Made by a program: the position numbers and the translations under genes | In this document: positions 45,060 to 47,507 of the stretch, in pieces | How positions within the stretch are numbered: position 1 is the first letter of the stretch | Layout: every line of letters starts with the position of its first letter | The notes under the pieces: generated by a model | The model's database searches: none | What the model was told of the DNA's origin: nothing | What the model saw: only the letters and a program-made list of their open reading frames with translations | Source: Deltaproteobacteria bacterium | GTDB taxonomy: Bacteria > Desulfobacterota > Dissulfuribacteria > Dissulfuribacterales > UBA3076 | NCBI GenBank assembly: GCA_019310825.1 | Contig: JAFDDO010000001.1 | Coordinates: forward strand, 1-47,507 | Reading direction: 5' to 3' | DNA length: 47,507 bases

Positions 45060-46940
45060 TCAGTGCCCGGCGGCTCTTAGTTCCTGTACCAGCGTTAACG
45101 GGATTTCCCACTTGTTGAGAGGACTGATCAAATAAAGTCCTTTAGCGAACGGAGTGATGTCGGCAATCAGCTTCCTGGTTAAGTCCAGGGCCGCCTTGCG
45201 TTGGTCTTCGACCTTTTCATACTTCCACAGACGTTCTCGAATATCTCTGGGAATTGAAATGCCTGGGATTTCGTTGTGCAGAAAATCCGCATTCTTGGCG
45301 GATATTAGAGGAAAAATACCTGTGAAAATCAAGAGATTCAGGTGTTGCGTCCGTTCCATCATGGCCTCTACGGCATCTCGATCAAAAATGGGCTGAGTCA
45401 TGACAAAATGCGCTCCCAGATCGGCCTTTCGTTCCAGCCTGCTGATCTGGAGGTCAGGATTTGCAGAGCGATAGCTGAAGGCCGCACCAATAGAAAAATT
45501 GGTCCGGTTTTTCATTGAGACCCCTGCCATGTTCAGGCCACGGTTGAACTGACTTATCATCTGTACCAGGCCAAAGGAGCGAACATCGAATACTCCGCTC
45601 ACACCGGGCTGATCCGTGGACGTGGCCGGATCTCCAGTGATAGCCAAGATGGCCTCTAATCCCAGGACATGAGCTCCCATGATCTGTGCCTGAAGACCCA
45701 AGATATTCCGATCCCTGCAGGTCAGATGAAGCACCGTCTGTATCCCTGTCTCCTCGCGTATTCTGTGTGCAAGCGACAGATTGTCCGCTCGGAGAACGGC
45801 CAGGGGATGTTCGGCGAGAGTAATTGCATCAGCGCCGGCATCGGCTAAGGCTCGTGCTCCAGCAAGAACTCCCTCTATATCCAGATGCTTGGGAGGATCA
45901 ACTTCCACAAGCACAGGAATGCGGTCGGATCTCAGGCTTTCGATCATTCCGCCCCTGCCAATAAAGTCCTTTCTGTCTTCGGGTAAATCAGAGGATTTCT
46001 CCACGCTCGTTACAACCCGTATGGCCTTGTGTCTCTTGATGTGAAGGTACTTTCTTAATTCATGGATATGGGCCGGTGTAGTACCGCAGCACCCGCCAAT
46101 CAATCGGACTCCGAACTTGACCATTTCAGCCACCTTTTCAGCCATATAGGCCGGTGGTGTCGAATATACCATGCGGTGTTCAACGATCTCAGGAAATCCG
46201 GCATTGGGGAATGCTGAAAGAAAAATTTCGTCCTTGAGGGAAGACAGACGCTGAACTGCCGAGAGCATGGCCTTGACTCCCCGTCCACAATTGGTACCAA
46301 CGACTGTGGCCCCTGCAGCGGCTGCTGCTCTGCCACAATCCAAGGCATCCAGGCCGGTGGCTGTCCGCCCATGAAACGGGTAGACCATCTGGGCCACAAT
46401 CGGAATATCAGGTGCAATCCTCTTTGCCGTTTCAATGGCCAAAAGCAGTTCGTCCAGATAGGTAAAGGTCTCAAGAATGAAAAGATCCACCCCGCCTTCC
46501 AGCAGAGCAGTCATCTGTTCGGCAAAGGCATTCTGTACTGTGCCAGACTCAACCTTACCATTCTCAAGTGGAAAATTTACACCTGTCGGGCCCATTGATC
46601 CAGCTACAAAAATTTCATTTCCCGCAGCTCGACGTGCCAGCTCAGCTCCCTTAAGGTTAATTTCCCGCACCCTTTGCTCCCTGCCGACCTTGAGCATTTT
46701 GAAACGATTAGCGCCAAAGGTATTGGTCTCAATGAGTTCGCTTCCGGCCCGAATGTATTCCTCATGAATGGAATAGACCAAGTCCGGATCGCTGATGTTA
46801 AGCAAATCAGTATTCTCTGCGAGGGCTACACCTTTTTCAAAGAGATAGGTCCCAAAGGCGCCATCTCCCAATATGACTTTCTCGTTAAGTTGCTCTACGA
46901 AGTTATGTTTCATTGGCCTGCTTATGTCTCCTTCACCCAT
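45060..46940 (-). CDS. Bifunctional homocysteine S-methyltransferase domain / 5,10-methylenetetrahydrofolate reductase (MetF-like)
   Basis: The N-terminal Hcy-binding domain has ILGDGAFGT, ETNTFGAN and GGCCGTTPAHI. The C-terminal MTHFR-like barrel has LVEVDPPK...ITGDP...FSIGAA. The start is 46940 or ATG 46913. Confidence 0.85.
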   Translation of the reverse strand: MGEGDISRPMKHNFVEQLNEKVILGDGAFGTYLFEKGVALAENTDLLNISDPDLVYSIHEEYIRAGSELIETNTFGANRFKMLKVGREQRVREINLKGAELARRAAGNEIFVAGSMGPTGVNFPLENGKVESGTVQNAFAEQMTALLEGGVDLFILETFTYLDELLLAIETAKRIAPDIPIVAQMVYPFHGRTATGLDALDCGRAAAAAGATVVGTNCGRGVKAMLSAVQRLSSLKDEIFLSAFPNAGFPEIVEHRMVYSTPPAYMAEKVAEMVKFGVRLIGGCCGTTPAHIHELRKYLHIKRHKAIRVVTSVEKSSDLPEDRKDFIGRGGMIESLRSDRIPVLVEVDPPKHLDIEGVLAGARALADAGADAITLAEHPLAVLRADNLSLAHRIREETGIQTVLHLTCRDRNILGLQAQIMGAHVLGLEAILAITGDPATSTDQPGVSGVFDVRSFGLVQMISQFNRGLNMAGVSMKNRTNFSIGAAFSYRSANPDLQISRLERKADLGAHFVMTQPIFDRDAVEAMMERTQHLNLLIFTGIFPLISAKNADFLHNEIPGISIPRDIRERLWKYEKVEDQRKAALDLTRKLIADITPFAKGLYLISPLNKWEIPLTLVQELRAAGH

Positions 46941-47090
46941 GAGACAAGATGATTTTCCTGCCTACCAGTGAGTTTGTTAACCCGCCACCAAACATCCGTT
47001 CCCTTCTTATAGCTCTATACTATACCAGCTTGTAGTCGACATTTCTACTCTTCAGCCCCCTTCTGCTCGTCTTAATGACACCGGGTCTTA

Positions 47091-47134
47091 CGAAAATCGA
47101 CCGGTCGTTTCTAGAATGTTTCGCTCGATTTTCG
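47091..47134. repeat. Small hairpin with 10-bp perfect arms of the TCGAAAA type
   Basis: cgaaaatcga (47091-47100) pairs with tcgattttcg (47125-47134), followed by a further attccg unit. Confidence 0.6.
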
Positions 47135-47507
47135 ATTCCGTTTAGGCGCTTACTCCGAATTTTCAGGTAATTTTTACAAAACACGCAGATTTGTGTGAGT
47201 AATGGTATCAGGCAATTATCAGATTTGAAGATGTATCAATTATCTGCTTAATCAGGCCTCCACTTAGGATCTTACCAAACCAAAATGGTGTTTTGGGTTG
47301 TTCTTGCAACTGCTAATTCCCCTGCCTTTAAGTTCTGTAAATATGGACGCCAGCTTGTTTTTCTGTTTTTCTGAAAATGCTACTGCGCAAATGTTGCGCC
47401 AAGACGGAGAAAGGAGGGGGCTATAGCGGACCTGATCCCTGACACCGGGGTGACGGCGGTCACAAAAAACATGAAAGAAGCGGGTTGGACAGTTCGAATC
47501 ATGGTGA

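Noticed and set aside
46941-47100. SAM-I, SAH, cobalamin or THF riboswitch upstream of the Hcy-MT/MTHFR gene
   Set aside because: Short resemblances (aagggaac, gagtagaa) exist, but none of the conserved cores (B12 box, SAM-I four-way junction strings) can be aligned by eye. It is kept only as a low-interest search suggestion.
47476-47500. tRNA-like T-arm string (ggttggacagttcgaatc)
   Set aside because: No acceptor, D or anticodon arms can be drawn around it, and the window ends here.

Overview
This 47.5-kb chromosomal window is almost entirely housekeeping genes from a Gram-negative bacterium. Pal, Skp, an AMIN-domain amidase and MglA/MglB are present. The lineage cannot be set from sequence alone; a Desulfobacterota-like anaerobe is only my guess.

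Gene content, left to right:
- A minus-strand operon: mglB-like, mglA-like, a 553-aa acidic protein, and a TPR-fused GspE/PilB-type ATPase that runs off the window.
- An HD-GYP protein.
- A frame-interrupted transketolase.
- skp, pal, a TPR-AMIN-amidase, and mutS.
- A polyprenyl synthase, a divergent NodB-like protein, and a DUF364-like protein.
- A purD-purE fusion, tsaC-like, and mltG.
- A complete dcw cluster: mraZ-rsmH-ftsL-ftsI-murE/F-mraY-murD-murG-murC-murB-ftsQ-ftsA-ftsZ.
- A minus-strand block: tilS-ftsH-folP-cdaA-cdaR.
- A fused homocysteine-methyltransferase/MTHFR gene.

No rRNA, tRNA, CRISPR array, transposase or recognisable defence genes were found.

Most unusual signals:
1. A dispersed family of short tandem 7-8-nt arrays, many with a TCRAA core and often in inverted pairs. 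They fill intergenic gaps and also lie in frame inside essential genes. They encode the murE-murF fusion linker, the murD C-terminus and stop codon, the murG N-terminus and interdomain linker, a murF loop, an ftsQ loop, and the cdaR C-terminus and stop codon.
2. The dcw-cluster FtsI homologue appears to lack all three penicillin-binding catalytic motifs while keeping a PASTA domain, and ftsW is missing from its usual murD-murG slot.
3. An MglAB GTPase module is hard-wired to a TPR-GspE ATPase.
4. Two near-identical ~145-nt intergenic elements sit upstream of tkt and ftsH.

All calls come from reading the translations and the sequence by eye. No database search was run.
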